Below are positions 30,167 to 45,700 of a stretch of DNA of 64,000 nt, piece by piece. This DNA is from the human T2T-CHM13v2.0 reference genome, Homo sapiens. The stretch lies in the NCBI RefSeq assembly GCF_009914755.1, contig NC_060930.1; one strand, written 5' to 3'. Numbering within the stretch: position 1 is the stretch's first letter; each line of letters begins with the position of its first letter. A program made the translations under genes and the position numbers. Under the pieces are notes generated by a model. The model was not told the origin of the DNA. It did no database searches and worked only from the letters and a program-made list of their open reading frames with translations.

Positions 30167-33100
30167 GGTGTGCTAAAGGCAGCCCCTGGCTTCAAGAATC
30201 TTGCATCTTAGAGGGAAACCACATGGAACACTTAATAAAAGTTCAAGACAACCGAACAAGAGACTTCCAAACAATTATTGCTAAATGAGTGGTCCCTGAA
30301 ATGTTACAGAAGCTCAGAGTTAGGAAAATGCACTTTGAGCTTGGCAGTTAACAAATTTTCAGAGAAGGCAGAGCTGAGTTAGGCCTCCAAGCATACGGTA
30401 GATTCAAACAGAGACAGTGCCTAGCCACACTCTTGCAAATGATGCTCTTGAAAATATTAAATATCCAGAGTTCCATGCTTCTAAAAGTGCTTTCACAGCC
30501 AACTCATGTGATGCTCACAAGCACGCTGGGGAGGGAGGGATGTCACAGAATCACTGTTTGATGATGGGGAAACCAAGACACAGACTGAGTGATTGGCTTG
30601 GTTTGCAAAACTAGTGAGTGGGGCAGATGCTCATGCCCCCTGCCCGGTCCAAGGCTCTTCCTGTCACCTCTTCCATTACTAAGTGAAGGGGACACAGAAT
30701 CACACATCTCACAGCAATTCTACCCTTCCTCTGGAGCTTCTGGACAGACTCAGTCCACCTTCTCCCTGGTGTGGCAGCACAGGAGTTGAGAGTTTCTACT
30801 AAAGATGTCTGGAACAAAACATCTATCTGTTAAATATGTCTTCCCTGCATGCTTGTACACTCCGAGAGGGCAGATACCATGTCTTGTTCAGCAATTAAGC
30901 TCAGTACCTGGCCCATAATTAAGACTGTATTCACATATATTTTGTGATTGAATGAAAACAAATAAAAAGACAAATGAACCAAACATATCGGTCAGAGGAG
31001 GGAGAAACGGGAGGTGGGAATGCAGGCCCACTGCGGTATAGCGTGCAGCCACCTGATGTTTAGGAGTGAATCTTCCAAAGCTTCTCCTCTTTGCTGCCCC
31101 CCTCTCAAATCTTCTTAGTATTATGTCCAGAGGGCAGGCAGAAGCAGGGAAAAGAGAGATGCTAAAATGTCCAGCAAGCACCAGCTTGCTACTTATTAAG
31201 ACTCTAGGAAAGGATGATGGAGAAGACCAGGAAGTGACTCTGTGATAAAGCCAGTGCTTAGCGTGAGCTCTGGCAGTCCCGAGTGCCTGCCATGTAAGTT
31301 CCTGGTAAACTGCAAAGGAAAACCTCAGTATTAGGTATGAGTTGGAGATGTGAACCTTAAGCGCTTGCTATGACATTCAATTTGGAGTTGTGCTTAGGAT
31401 GAGCTTCTAGGATTCTTGTGTGTCCTTCTCTGATGACATTCTCCAACTCCCTTTGTCATTGTCCTGGAGTAAAATCAGCCCCTGGGAGGGGGCTCCCCTT
31501 ATGGGGAGTTATCACCTCATCTAGAAACTGTCCACTCACTTTTTAACCTCCCCAAGGCAAGGCTGACAGAGGGACCAAAGTGGAAAGGGCGACTGGTCGG
31601 GAAAGCCATGAAAGGCCAGCACCCCCACCGTGGTCCCCCAGAAATCACTACCACCCTCTGTTCTCCACACCGCCATCCATCACCCCTCCCTCCTACTCAA
31701 ACTGGTGCCAGCTCTGGAGGAACATCAGCTGATCTAGGAGCCACGGCTTGTGCCAAGAGCCACGGACAGTTTCATTTGGCACACAGTCTCAAGGAGAAAC
31801 GGCTCTTTGTTTTCACCAACAGAGGAGATGCCACCAACTCCTGCTCCCCAAATTCCCACACTCCTTTCCCTCTCTGTCAAGGGCAGAGGAAAGCACCTTC
31901 TGGCCCTTCTAGACCCAAAACACCCAGCTAAAGACAAAGGCTGCTGACCTTATGTGACCCGGGCAGATTCACTGTCCACACCCCACACCCCTCACCAGGC
32001 TCCCCAAAGGCTGCCTTGGCTGGAGAACTTGGGATGTCACTCTGCTGCTTACGGTCACAGAGCTCGAGCAGGCGCTGTCACTTGGGCCATGTGAGCCAGT
32101 GACTCATTTTAGGATCTGGTCCTGGGCATCTAAGCTCTTTGCTTACCCTCCTCATCCCCACTGGCTTCCCTCCAGGTTCTTCATTTTCAGACAGAAAACA
32201 CCAAAACCTTGAGTCACCATAGGGACGTGATAACCACATGACAGGAAACTTATGCAATTCAAGACAGGGCAAGTGCCTGTCATACCCAGAGCTACAGTGC
32301 AAGAAGGTCCTCGGAGCTCCTTCAGCGCATCATATGATTTCAGTGTTGCCTCATAATTTTCAGGCGAACTTTCCATTAACAAAGAAAGTGCTTCATTCTC
32401 ATGAACCCTGACCTCATTTCCTGAAACAGCCTTGACACACAAGCCTGTGTACACACAATCCTCTACACAATTATACCTCGACGCAATCCATCCATTCGAT
32501 TTGTCAGCAGGCCAAAGCCACACCCCCAACACACACACACTCTCCAACCTTCCTCGGCCTTCCTTTCTCCTGGCCAAGAGGACTGAGATCTTCTCTCATC
32601 TGTGTTTAAGGCAAATCTCTAGACGGGAAAGAGCAGAAACTAAATTTGATCATGTTAAATTCCAGCTTTCCAAGGGCGAGGAAGAATCTCACATTTTAGC
32701 CGCAATAGTCTGTGACAGGAACCGTGGGTTGTAATATATGAAGGAAAAATTCTGCAGTATCCTGACAAAATGTTTTGAAGAAAAGGCATATGGATGTATT
32801 TTTATCAGGAACTGCGCTCCTCACCCAAGACAGCAGGCACAAACATTTTCAAAACACTCAGCTCTCAGCAAAGTGAAATTCTGCTATGAAGCGAAACTGG
32901 ATGCTCATCCTCTCCATCCACCACTTTCTCAGGATGGGCCTTAAAAAAATCATTCCGCCAATCAGTGTTTTAATAAAAACTCTCAGATTGACTAACTTCA
33001 AGAAAAAATCGCCGCCCCACACCCTACAGCCAGAAAGGTTTTACCAAACTGGGTTTGACAGAATATACTTGCAGAATATTTATTTTTAGATCTCTCAGCA

Positions 33101-34205
33101 GTACAGTAAGAGTCTTTCGTTTCAGATCAGCTGGCCTCCAGCCAAAGCAGCGAAGTCAGAGGAACTTCAGCCCCTAAGCCTTCCTGCTCCCTAAGAGTAC
33201 CAGCGCTCCTGCCTGGCTCCGGCATAAATGGTTGGCAATAAGTCATTTTTTATTAAAATTTTAACTCTAGGCAGCAATTTTGCTTTAAAAGGTTTTTCTT
33301 TGGAGTGCATTTTTATTTTAAAAAATTAAATACTCTTGGATATGTTAGTATTCAGAAGCAGCAGATTTCAACAGCTCACACTTTCTCTGAACTTTTTTTC
33401 AACAGATATTTCACACACTAAGGAGGGCCTGAATTCTCAGAATTGTACCTCTATAAGTTCATAGCTGCCCTCGTCTTTTAGGGGGTGGGTGGAAAATCCA
33501 ACTCACCACTCAGGCTCTTGCAGGTCTGAAGGCTAAACCGGTGTGAAACAAAGGGTCCCCTTTCACTCACTACTCCCAAAGCCGGGAACTATCCAGTGAA
33601 GAGTGGCCATGCCATTTACGTGGCACAAGGTGGCCCAGGGGTGATGAGCTGTTCACCTTCACCGGCCATTTCTCTCACTGCTTTAGTGCGTGGCACAGTG
33701 CACCCTAACATCCCACATTTAACACCCCATCAAGAAAAATGTGAGTGCAGCAAAATATCCAACAAGTACTTGCTCCTAGGAGCAATTCAAACACATTTTG
33801 TTCAATAATGGTTTCATTCCAACTGGCCCAAAGAGAAAAAAGAGTAAGGAATTGTTTAAAGCCTGTTTAGCAAGATGAAGCCTCAGAAGGCAGTTGGCTT
33901 GGATTTAAACACGTATTGCATCAACAAAAGCCAAATCTGAGGTGTCAACAAAAGGAAGTCACTCTTATTCTAGAAACAGACCTTGAAAGTAACTAGCTTG
34001 GTGCTAATTAGAGACAGGCAGGGCAGGCTTAGTTATGCACTGCTGGTTAACACACCCACTCACCCTGACTAAACCGCTTTAAAATCAGGGAGCTATTTTC
34101 TAACAACCCTTTTGAAATGCTATTCAGAGATGAACTTTACATTTCTATGTAACTGCAAGATGCTGCTCGCCAACACAGCAACACCAGGCATTTCAATTAA
34201 ATAAT

Positions 34206-34211
34206 TTTATT
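34206..34211 (-). terminator. TBC1D7: TBC1D7 proximal poly(A) signal AATAAA
   Basis: TTTATT on +, about 130 nt downstream of the stop; further AATAAA at 33312-33317 and 33249-33254. Confidence 0.75.
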
Positions 34212-34340
34212 GGGGGAAAAAAACCACTTTGAGCACCAAAGCAAGAAAAGTGTATTATTCAATCAGTTTCCCAGATCACATGCCAAGAACACAATGCTCA
34301 CTGTGGTGCCTGGCAGACGGTCCACAACCAGCGGGTGCGT

Positions 34341-34427
34341 TCAGCTTGAATGGACCGGGGTCCCACAGTGTTTGTGCCACAAGTCAATGGCCTTGCTCAC
34401 GATCGCGTCTGAGCTGTCCTGGGGAAT
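34341..34427 (-). CDS. TBC1D7: TBC1D7 exon 8 CDS ([28 protein letters not shown]-stop)
   Basis: cacAG|ATT...TGA; 87 nt; the coding exons total 882 nt = 293 aa plus stop. Confidence 0.97.
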   Translation of the reverse strand: MPQDSSDAIVSKAIDLWHKHCGTPVHSS

Positions 34428-34589
34428 CTGTGGGCAAGCAAATCAGTCTTTGTGAAATTTCAGTGTTGACAACTTCAGTGTCTTCCCTCATTCGCTGTGG
34501 CATGAAATCCACTTCCATGGGAGTTTGCACTGTTTTTCAGAAAGTGACAGCATAAAAGACTTGCGTCACATGCTACCTGAGGACATGAA

Positions 34590-34790
34590 AGGGCTCCAGT
34601 GTCAGCCTGCCTGGGTTCAAATCCTGCACTGCTCACTAACTGTGCACCCCCGGGCAGGTTACCTAAGCTACCTGGGTTTCAGATCCCCATCTCTAAAATG
34701 GGGGAAATGATAGCCTGACTTCACAGAGCTGTTCACAGTAGGACATGAGGTAACCCATGGAAAATACTTAGCACAGGCTTCGCACTGCTA
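34590..34790 (+). mobile_element. MIR
   Basis: GCCTGGGTTCAAATCCTG...GGGCAGGTTACCTAA...CCCCATCTCTAAAATGGGGAAATGATAG. Confidence 0.7.
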
Positions 34791-35370
34791 GCCACCTCTG
34801 GTTATAATGATGATTATTCATTTATTCAACGCATATTGACTCAGTACTTTATTATAATTTACCAGGCCATTTTTCAAATGTTAATACTATTTTAAAAATG
34901 AATAGATTTTGGATTCTGTGAAAATCATTCAGGCATAAGTCTCTTTAATCCTACTTCTTGCCTGGTAAAGGGTATTCCAAGATACATAGCGAGGGAAAAG
35001 TTAATTTCATTACCATTGCCTTTTTCAGCAATATACTAGGTTAATACTGTATATTAATAAACCCAACTGGGACTACACCAGAGACAGTAACAGAAATGAA
35101 ATGGCTTACAAAATCCTCCAAAATACAGAACCCCTTTTGAACTGACAAAAATTACTCATTGTAAAATGACAGATCCCACCTATTCCTTTTCCTGACATGC
35201 CTGCTGATAGTCACATGGAGGATGAGACTCTGGTTCTAAGTGGACACATTCACGAGATGGTCTCAGACCATCATTTCCCAAAGACAGGATGCAAACTAAC
35301 CCTCAGGCCAACTTTAGGCCAAACTTTTTCAGGGAAAAGTGTTTCTTATAATGTAAAAATACACTGTATG

Positions 35371-35627
35371 ATTTCTCTGAAATAATCTAATGTAACAGGA
35401 AAATCTCACTTGCTAAAGTGACTTCATTTCTAGATTCAAAATCAAATCAAATTATTATTTCTCTTAAATAATTTCCCTAAAATAATCATTATTATAATTA
35501 TTCTCTGAAACATTCTAAGGTATTATTTCTCTAAAATCATGTAATTATTTCTCTGAAATAATCTAATGTAACAGGAAAATCTGACTTGCTAAGGTAACTT
35601 CATTTCCAGATTCAAAATCAAATCAAA
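35371..35627. repeat. 81-nt direct duplication with intervening micro-repeats in TBC1D7 intron 7
   Basis: 35371-35451 vs 35547-35627: 77/81 identical. Confidence 0.92.
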
Positions 35628-35637
35628 GCACACTTAC

Positions 35638-35767
35638 ATTTTCCAGAAACTTTGTTATCTTCTCTGCACTGTTCAGTGCCATAACTTTTATTTTAAAGGT
35701 TAATAAAATTTCGACAGCTACAAAAACTAGGATCTTACAGGATCCACTCACAACTTTATCCCAAACC
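35638..35767 (-). CDS. TBC1D7: TBC1D7 exon 7 ([43 protein letters not shown])
   Basis: ttgtAG|G...AAT|gtaagt; 130 nt. Confidence 0.97.
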
Positions 35768-36839
35768 CTACAAAAATAAGGAGATATAATCAAATTATAT
35801 GAGTTTCAGAATTATGTTTAGCCTAGACATCTCAAATTACAAAATAAAATCAAATTGCTCCAATTTTATGTAAAAGCTTCAAAGAACAACTTTTATGAAA
35901 TAATCACCAAAACAACAACAAAATACAGAAGCCATTTGAAATCTATTCTAGATACAATCAGCACTAGAAGGAGAAAGGAAAGTTTACTAAAAATTACTGC
36001 TCCACTAGGAATCTACCAAAATCATATTCCCTCATGTTGTGAACCTGACATTTCTGAGGAAGAAAAAGAAAATCCTAAACTAATGGTTTATATTCTGCTA
36101 ATATGCCATAATGCTAATATAATTATAGCCTACTAAGGGACAACAAAAGATGTATATGAAATGGGATAAATTCAATTTCATTGCCAGTGATTCTGGGGAC
36201 AGACTCCTTAAACTTCTCCAAGGGCGTAAGGAGCCAGTTACTGATCTATAACCACTCTAAAATAATAATTCTGATCATTCCTGTAACTCCTAAAAGTTGG
36301 TATTCTACTTCATACACTTAGTTACATATTATCTTATAATGTTCTCTGTGTATTGCACTGTTCAGTGCCATAACTTATTTTAAGAGTTACTGTTCTACTA
36401 CATCACAAAGTCTTAATGGGTGGCACCTGGACTCCGAAATACCCAGACATGTCTGAAACTGACTGGAAGAACTTAGTCAAATCTTTGACTGCTTTCAGCT
36501 TCTTTAAAGATATCATGATGAAACTAACACTAAGATTTCTACTGGAGGAAGATTTGTCACATTTCTGGAAAAAAGGGGCTGACGCTTATATAAACTCATG
36601 GAGACCATTTGAGGTGTGACTGCTTCACAGCATCTAACGCACTGAGGGCCCTTAATTTTTCTAATTGTATATTCAAGAATAAGCAGAATCATGTGCTGTT
36701 ACGGTAGCTGCTGGAGGACTGAGCTTCAAATTACTGTATTGTTCTAAAGCAAATTTATAATCTGAGGGATGACCACATGAAAGGCCAGAACTCTGCTCTA
36801 ACGCCAAGCCTTCAATATGTCTTCGAAAGACCTACTTGC

Positions 36840-36985
36840 CTCTGTAAACTGGATTCAGGCAAACATCCCGCAAAGCACCTCTTGAACCAGAGATCATAAG
36901 GAAGTTTGGGCGCCGCGGAACACATCCTCAGATGAGTCAGCAGTCTGCCATCTTCCAGATTCAAGTATTGTTCAAACGCTTTTGG
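36840..36985 (-). CDS. TBC1D7: TBC1D7 exon 6 ([49 protein letters not shown]); GC donor
   Basis: tttAG|CCA...CAG AG|gcaagt; 146 nt; only the GC donor keeps frame with exon 7. Confidence 0.95.
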
Positions 36986-37777
36986 CTAAAGATTAAGCAA
37001 GAACAGAGATTATTCATTTTCTGTGTCATAACATCATCTGATATTATAGTCTCTGATGAAAAAAAAGTACATGCTGAATTCAAGGAAGTATTAGAAAACA
37101 AAACTTCAGAATTATCCAAGTCACTTGTGACACAGCAGTTTCCTAGGTCAGCCCTAACTAAAGTAACAAACCATCCAGGACTGAGGAGTTTCCCAGGACA
37201 CAGGGCTCTTTCAGTGCTAAAACTGAGGCAGTCCCAGGCAAAATGGAATGGTTGGTCACCCTAATACTAACTTCACTAGCCAGATTCAACAGCCTAAGGC
37301 AAAAGTCCAAAGCAAAATTCAGTTGTTCTGAGGAGCTAAGGAAGGCCCATTATATTACTGGCTGGTCTAGAGCAGCAGATTATATACTAAGGAAAAAAGG
37401 GGGAAAGAGGAAAGGTAAAACCAAAGAAATAGAGTGGGATTAGAGTGGGGAGAGGGCATTAGGAAGAGTAAGACAAAAAGTGATGGTGATGAGAAGGGGC
37501 TGACCAGTCACTGACCATACATACACTGCCCTGGATTGAGCACCACTGTGCACCAGTGCCAAGCAGGCTCACACAACAGGGATGTCCAGAGGGTGAACTC
37601 TGTATTCAACATAAATGTGCACAAGAATTTCTTAGAATTCAAGGGATAACTCAGAGGGAACAAAGCACCTGGATTCCACTTGGTAGCCTCTCTCATGAGG
37701 TCAGGTGGCAGCCAACACTAGAAGACTGGAGAGCTAATAAAGCCAGCTCCCCAAACCTGGCCAAATCCATCTTGCAT

Positions 37778-37813
37778 TGGCTGCTATATTTAGGCTGGCT
37801 GCTATATTTAGGG
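37778..37813. repeat. 18-nt tandem duplication containing MEF2 consensus sites
   Basis: TGGCTGCTATATTTAGGC repeated twice (last base differs). Confidence 0.9.
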
Positions 37814-39049
37814 TCCACTGGCTGAGAATGGGCTCTAAGAGTCAAATCCTAAAGTCCACACTCACTATCTGCAGGAGTACAACCAGGGCCCGCATCACTT
37901 AAGCAAATGTAATGTTTATTTTACTCAATATCTATACCTCTCTGCTTCTGTTAAAGAGGAGATTCATCACCTTTACAATGTCCACTATAGTCAGAGACTG
38001 TGCTACACACAATGAATGGAGTGAAAGGTAAGAGAAAATCCCTGCCTTCAAGGAGCTTACAGCTTGAGACATACTAGTAAAGAGGTAACTACAATACACT
38101 GTAACGCTGTGATGCTATGATGGGAACAAGCACAAGATGTTGGGTACATCCAGGAGAAAATCCTAACCTGGGCTGTAGGAGGCAGAAGCAGTTTCTCAGG
38201 AGAGGTGACATTTGAGCTGACCTCTGAAGAACAGACAGGAGTTAGCCAGGCAAAGAGGGGCCCACATCATAATATCTGGTCCAGCTTTCCCCTTTCTGTT
38301 TCAGGATATCTCTTCTTCCTGTTTATCCAACCTCCCTATACTGCTCAACGGTTCCTAGAATTTCTCAATAACACTGCAGACAACTTCCCAAACAAGGAAA
38401 TTTGGTTGGTTTTGCAAAGGGGATATATGCACTTTTTTCCTATTGACTTGGTTGAAAACACACACACAGAGTTATATATTATGTCTCAGAGCAAAGAAAA
38501 TTTCATCCAAAAGTCAGTACAAATAATAAACAAGATGGAGATGTGTGAACATTTTAAAACTATGTATTGTCTTTTTCCTTTATCAGACAATAAGCTCACG
38601 GGGGGAAGCTACTGTATCTGTTTTGTTCACTGCTGGTTCTTCAGTACCTAGCACATCACTTGGCATGGTAAGCACTCAATATATAACTGTTGAGTGAGCA
38701 AATCAATACTGTGAATTAATATAAAGTTTTAAATACATCAATCAATATCTTAGTAATCGCTCAATATACATCTTTTTGCCAATATCTAATTAATTTCTTA
38801 ACCTTTTTCCTGGTTTATTATAGCCTATTATAAGAAATCTTGAAACTCTATTAAAGAATAAAGAGGACATAGACAGCAAGTATAATCACACTCCCAATGA
38901 TAACTACTGGTAATACTTAGGTTATAGAGCATCTATCCTGCATACATACAGACACACTTCTCTTTCTTTTATTAGTTGAACTCATACTGAATACACGATT
39001 TAGTATTTTGCTGTTTGCATTCAAATTGTGGACATTTTCCCAGGTTAAT

Positions 39050-40100
<1,051 letters not shown>

Positions 40101-41644
40101 AGGAGCTAATATTTATATTGCCTGACCTTTTTCATACTTAGCAAATGATAGATAACATAGATGTGATTTATTATAGATAGATGTGATTTATTATAACCAT
40201 AATTATGTTTTACTCCTAAACATTTTGGTTATTTTCAATATTTCTATGACCCCCATAGTCTTACTTCATGAGGACAATAAACTATACATCATCAACAGAA
40301 GGCAAAACGTGACAAAAATATGTACTTAATCACTCTGAGAGGAATTTATATTAAACTTAGCAAGAAGCTGCTAATAGTGCTTACAAAAAAAACCTCTTTA
40401 GCAGAGCTTTAAAAAACTGTGTCAATAGCAATAAAACAAAGATCACTTACTTTAATGATTAACACAATTAAGTTTGAGATGGCTTAAGAAAAACCTTCCA
40501 TGCCATACAATTGAAGTTGGCCTCTATTCTCCTCGACTATGAGAGACCTTGTCAAAAAGCAGAATTCAATTTGAAAAGCTTGTAAGGAGAGAGGCTATGA
40601 TGCAATCCTAGGAATCAGGATAGTATGGCAGAATAGACATATCACCACTCAGGGGCATCATTATCTTCTTTTGAGTCCATCACTGTCCATCATACACACA
40701 TTTCCATAGAACTAAGCAGCAACCTAAACTGTGTGTTATAAGATAGACTAAAGATGGTTTCACTAGAGAGAAAAGTTTAAGCAAATCACTTGATGCCGAA
40801 ATCAAACAGCAAGCAACACAAGGAAGTTTAGGTTTTGTATACATTCTGGATGACTTTTCTGAGAACTTCATAACTACTTAAAACTACTTGCTAGGCACTG
40901 TAATGCATACACAAAAAGAAGCCCCATTTTTAAAGATGAGGAAACGAAAGTTTAAGGGACATGAAGTGTCTTGCTGGTTCTAAAATTCATTTCTGAAAAG
41001 AAAAAGGCAAGCTCAAGAATAGCCAAGACATTTTTGAAAAAGAGCAACAATAAGAGACTTTCCTTATCAGCTATCAAAATACGCTAGAAAGTTGTATTAA
41101 ATAAATCATGTGATTTGGCCCAGGAATAGACAAATACCTCAATGGAATAAAAAGGAGTCCAGAAAGAGATATAGATATAAATATAAATATATATAAAAAT
41201 GTATTTATATATATATACACACACACATATATGGAAATCCAGTATATGATAAAGGTGGCATTTCAAATCCGTGGAAAAAGGATGAACTGACAAATACACC
41301 ATGTAAGTGCTGTTCTACTGCTTACTAACTGAGACCTTGGTCTTACTTAACTTCTCTGTGCTTCAGTATCCTCATCTGTAAAAACAAAGATAATATGCTT
41401 GAATGAAGTGCTCACTAACAATGTAAATTTAGCACTGCCTGACATGAAGTACATTCTCAGTAATACACCAACCAGACGGGGAGAAGAGGAACAGGAGGAG
41501 GAGTGATGTGTTGGTAGAAGTAGTGGTGTTGCAGGTAAGCGTAAGAGTGAAATCCAGTATGTGTCTGATGCCAACCAAAGATAAATCCCTGACAAAGAGC
41601 TAAATTTAAAATGTTTAAGCATTTTTAAAAGTTATGAGAAAACA

Positions 41645-41949
<305 letters not shown>

Positions 41950-42140
41950 TTAGGAGAAAACAAAAAAATATATATTTTTTTAATCTTGGGGTTGGAAAGG
42001 GCTAATTAACCAGTAAGACACAAAAAAGCAAAAAAAAAAAAAATGCTGGCAAATCTCATTGTATCAAAACCTAAAATTTTGTACAACAAACAGAAACTAT
42101 TTTCAACAAACGTAAGGGATAAGGATAAATATCCAGGGTA

Positions 42141-42462
42141 CAGTCGACCCTCATATCCATGGACTCAACCAACCATGGGCCAAAAATATTCAGGAAATAA
42201 AAAATGGATAGTTGTGTCTGTATTGAACAGACACAGATTTCTTTGTCATTATTCCCTAAATAATACAGTATAACAACTATTTACATAGCATTTACATTGT
42301 ATTATGTATTATAAGTAATCTAAAGTATACAGGAAGAGATGTGTAGGTTATATGCAAATACTATTTGCAAGTCCCATTTTATGTAAGGGACTTGAACACC
42401 CATGAATTTTACTGTCTCAATGAGTCCTAGAATTAATCCCCTACAGATCCAAGAGTGACTAT
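42141..42462 (-). mobile_element. MER2-like DNA transposon
   Basis: TA-CAGTCGACCCTCATATCCATGG...AAGGGACTTGAACACCCATGAATTTT...GAGTGACTA-TA; reverse of the element at 762. Confidence 0.75.
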
Positions 42463-43205
42463 ATACCAATAACTCTTACAAAGAAAAAAAGTCAACAAAA
42501 CAATAGCCATATGCAAACATACTCAACTTCACTAGAAACTGAGGATAGGTAAATTAAAATAAGATGCCATTTCACTATCAGATGGATAAAAATGTAAGAC
42601 ATTGATACTATCAAGTATTGGCAATGGGGTGGAAAATGGGAAATCTCATCATCTGTTTGGTAGGAGCATAAATTGATATGGCCTTTGGATGAGCAGCCAG
42701 GCAGTTCAAATTTTAAATATGTCAAAAATAAATGAATAGATTTTAAATATGTCTCCCCTCTGCTTGAGCATCTGCTCGTAGGTACCAAGCCTAGAGAGAT
42801 ACGCATACACACAGGGAGCCTGGACAAGGGCATGCTTACTCTCAGTATGGATCTCTTAGGTTTAAATAGAGCAAATTTGTAACAGGAAATGCTAGGAGTA
42901 AATATTTTTTAAAAGGTGGTTCTAAATGAGTGCCTTTCAACCCTTAACTACACTTCAGAATTGCCTGGAGCTTTTAAGAAATTAGAATTCCAGGGCCCTA
43001 CCTTCAGAGACTCAGATTTCACTTGTCTAGGTGGAGGAAAGGTGATGGTAATTTTTAAAAGCTCCCAGGTGGTACTAACAGGAAGTCAGGACTGAAAACT
43101 AGTGATTTGTCTAAACTGCCTTGGAAAGTTCTCCAAGGCAGTAAGTTAAAAAACAAAAATAGAACCATAGGGCCACATGTACAGTATAATACTACTTAAT
43201 GTGAT

Positions 43206-43470
<265 letters not shown>

Positions 43471-44386
43471 TCATATCATAGATGCATGCACATAAGAGAA
43501 TCTTGTAATACACACCAAGCTAATGACAAATGTTTACTTCTTAGAAGGAGAAGTAGGGAATTGCAGGGATGGGGGGTGGTTAGTCCAGGTCTAGGGAAAC
43601 ATGGATTCATCTGAATTGCTGAATTTCTTTTGAGAATGCATTCACCATTTATGTTACGAAAAATAAAGGATGAATTTTTAAAGAATAGCATAAACTATCA
43701 AAATGCTACTGACTTACTCGAATATTAAATAAGAAAAGCTAATTAGATCATGGTATGATATAACTGAGACCTCCTGATTTGATTAGGCAACTGACATATT
43801 TACTTAAGCTCCATTTCCAGGCTGAAATTATTTTTATTGAAATCAACAAAGTGGATCAAATTTCAAAATCTTAAAAATCAAATTTTACTTAGTTGAAATA
43901 TATAAAAACTGCTCTTGTAAGTGTTCTCAGAAGCTGAAGGGTCTTGCACATTGCCTTATTAACAATTAACTGCAGTGATCCTCAATGCTCATCCAACCAT
44001 CATCAGTGCCCCGCATCTCATCTTGCACCCTGTACCACAGTTACCACTTTCAGTAGAATTTTAAAAGGAAATAACCCAATGATTTAAGAAAAAAAGGTTT
44101 ATTTTTATAAATGAGATAAATAAGGGGAAAAAACTAGAAAAAAAGAAAGTGGCAAAGGAAGACTAGCTTGTGCAATGCAGCAAGTACCATTCAGTTCTCT
44201 GCCTTCCCAAGCCAGGCTATGACAGAAACAGCTTGCTGCCTGCCACACTCCCATGTGCCCCTCCTATGTCACTCACAGAGCCCCTGTTTTAGTAGGAGAT
44301 CACACAGCTTTTTTTAAAAAAAGAACCTTTCCCAGCCTCTACTGCAGACAGGGCAGCCAAGTGACACAGTCCTGGTCACTAACATA

Positions 44387-45151
<765 letters not shown>

Positions 45152-45512
45152 TACATGCAGAGGGAAAGCCTAATGGGCCACAGTTGTGGCTGGCTTGTCC
45201 CTCTTATTCCTTTGTGTTTACCTTTGCCTTCCCTTTCCTTCTGCCTAGAACACAGACGTCATGGCCGCTGGTCCAAGAGCAACCTTGTGAGCACGAGAGG
45301 AAAGATCATTCCTATGAATACTGGAGCAGAATGGCAGCAGTCTGCAACCCTCTCCATACTGTGGTTCTGCAGCGCCAGCTCTGCACTGCCTGGATTCTTA
45401 GCTTCTGGTATTTGGGCTTCCCATTATATGCAGCCAAATGAAAACCTTAACTTACACAGAGGGATTACTCTAGACCAGCGGATTCTAGACCAGAATAAGG
45501 AATACTATAGAG

Positions 45513-45700
45513 CAGGACTGGCCACCTCTGGCCTGCAGCAGAGCAAATCCAGCCAGGAACATTATTTTATGCGTTGCCTAAGGTTGCTTTTGTGCAACAA
45601 CAGCAGAGTTGAGTGGTTACAATAGAGACCATCTGGCCCACCAAGCTGGAAATATTTAGATTATATGGACTTTTACAGAAAACGCTTGCTGAGTTCTACT
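45513..45700. mobile_element. MER58A-like hAT MITE
   Basis: CAACAGCAGAGTTGAGTGGTTACAATAGAGACCATCTGGCCCACCAAGCTGGAAATATTTA...TTTACAGAAAA. Confidence 0.7.

Noticed and set aside
40300-40900. Stretch with a coding-like look (possible pseudogene or transposase relic)
   Set aside because: No frame gives a protein I recognise; needs a BLASTX/Dfam search.
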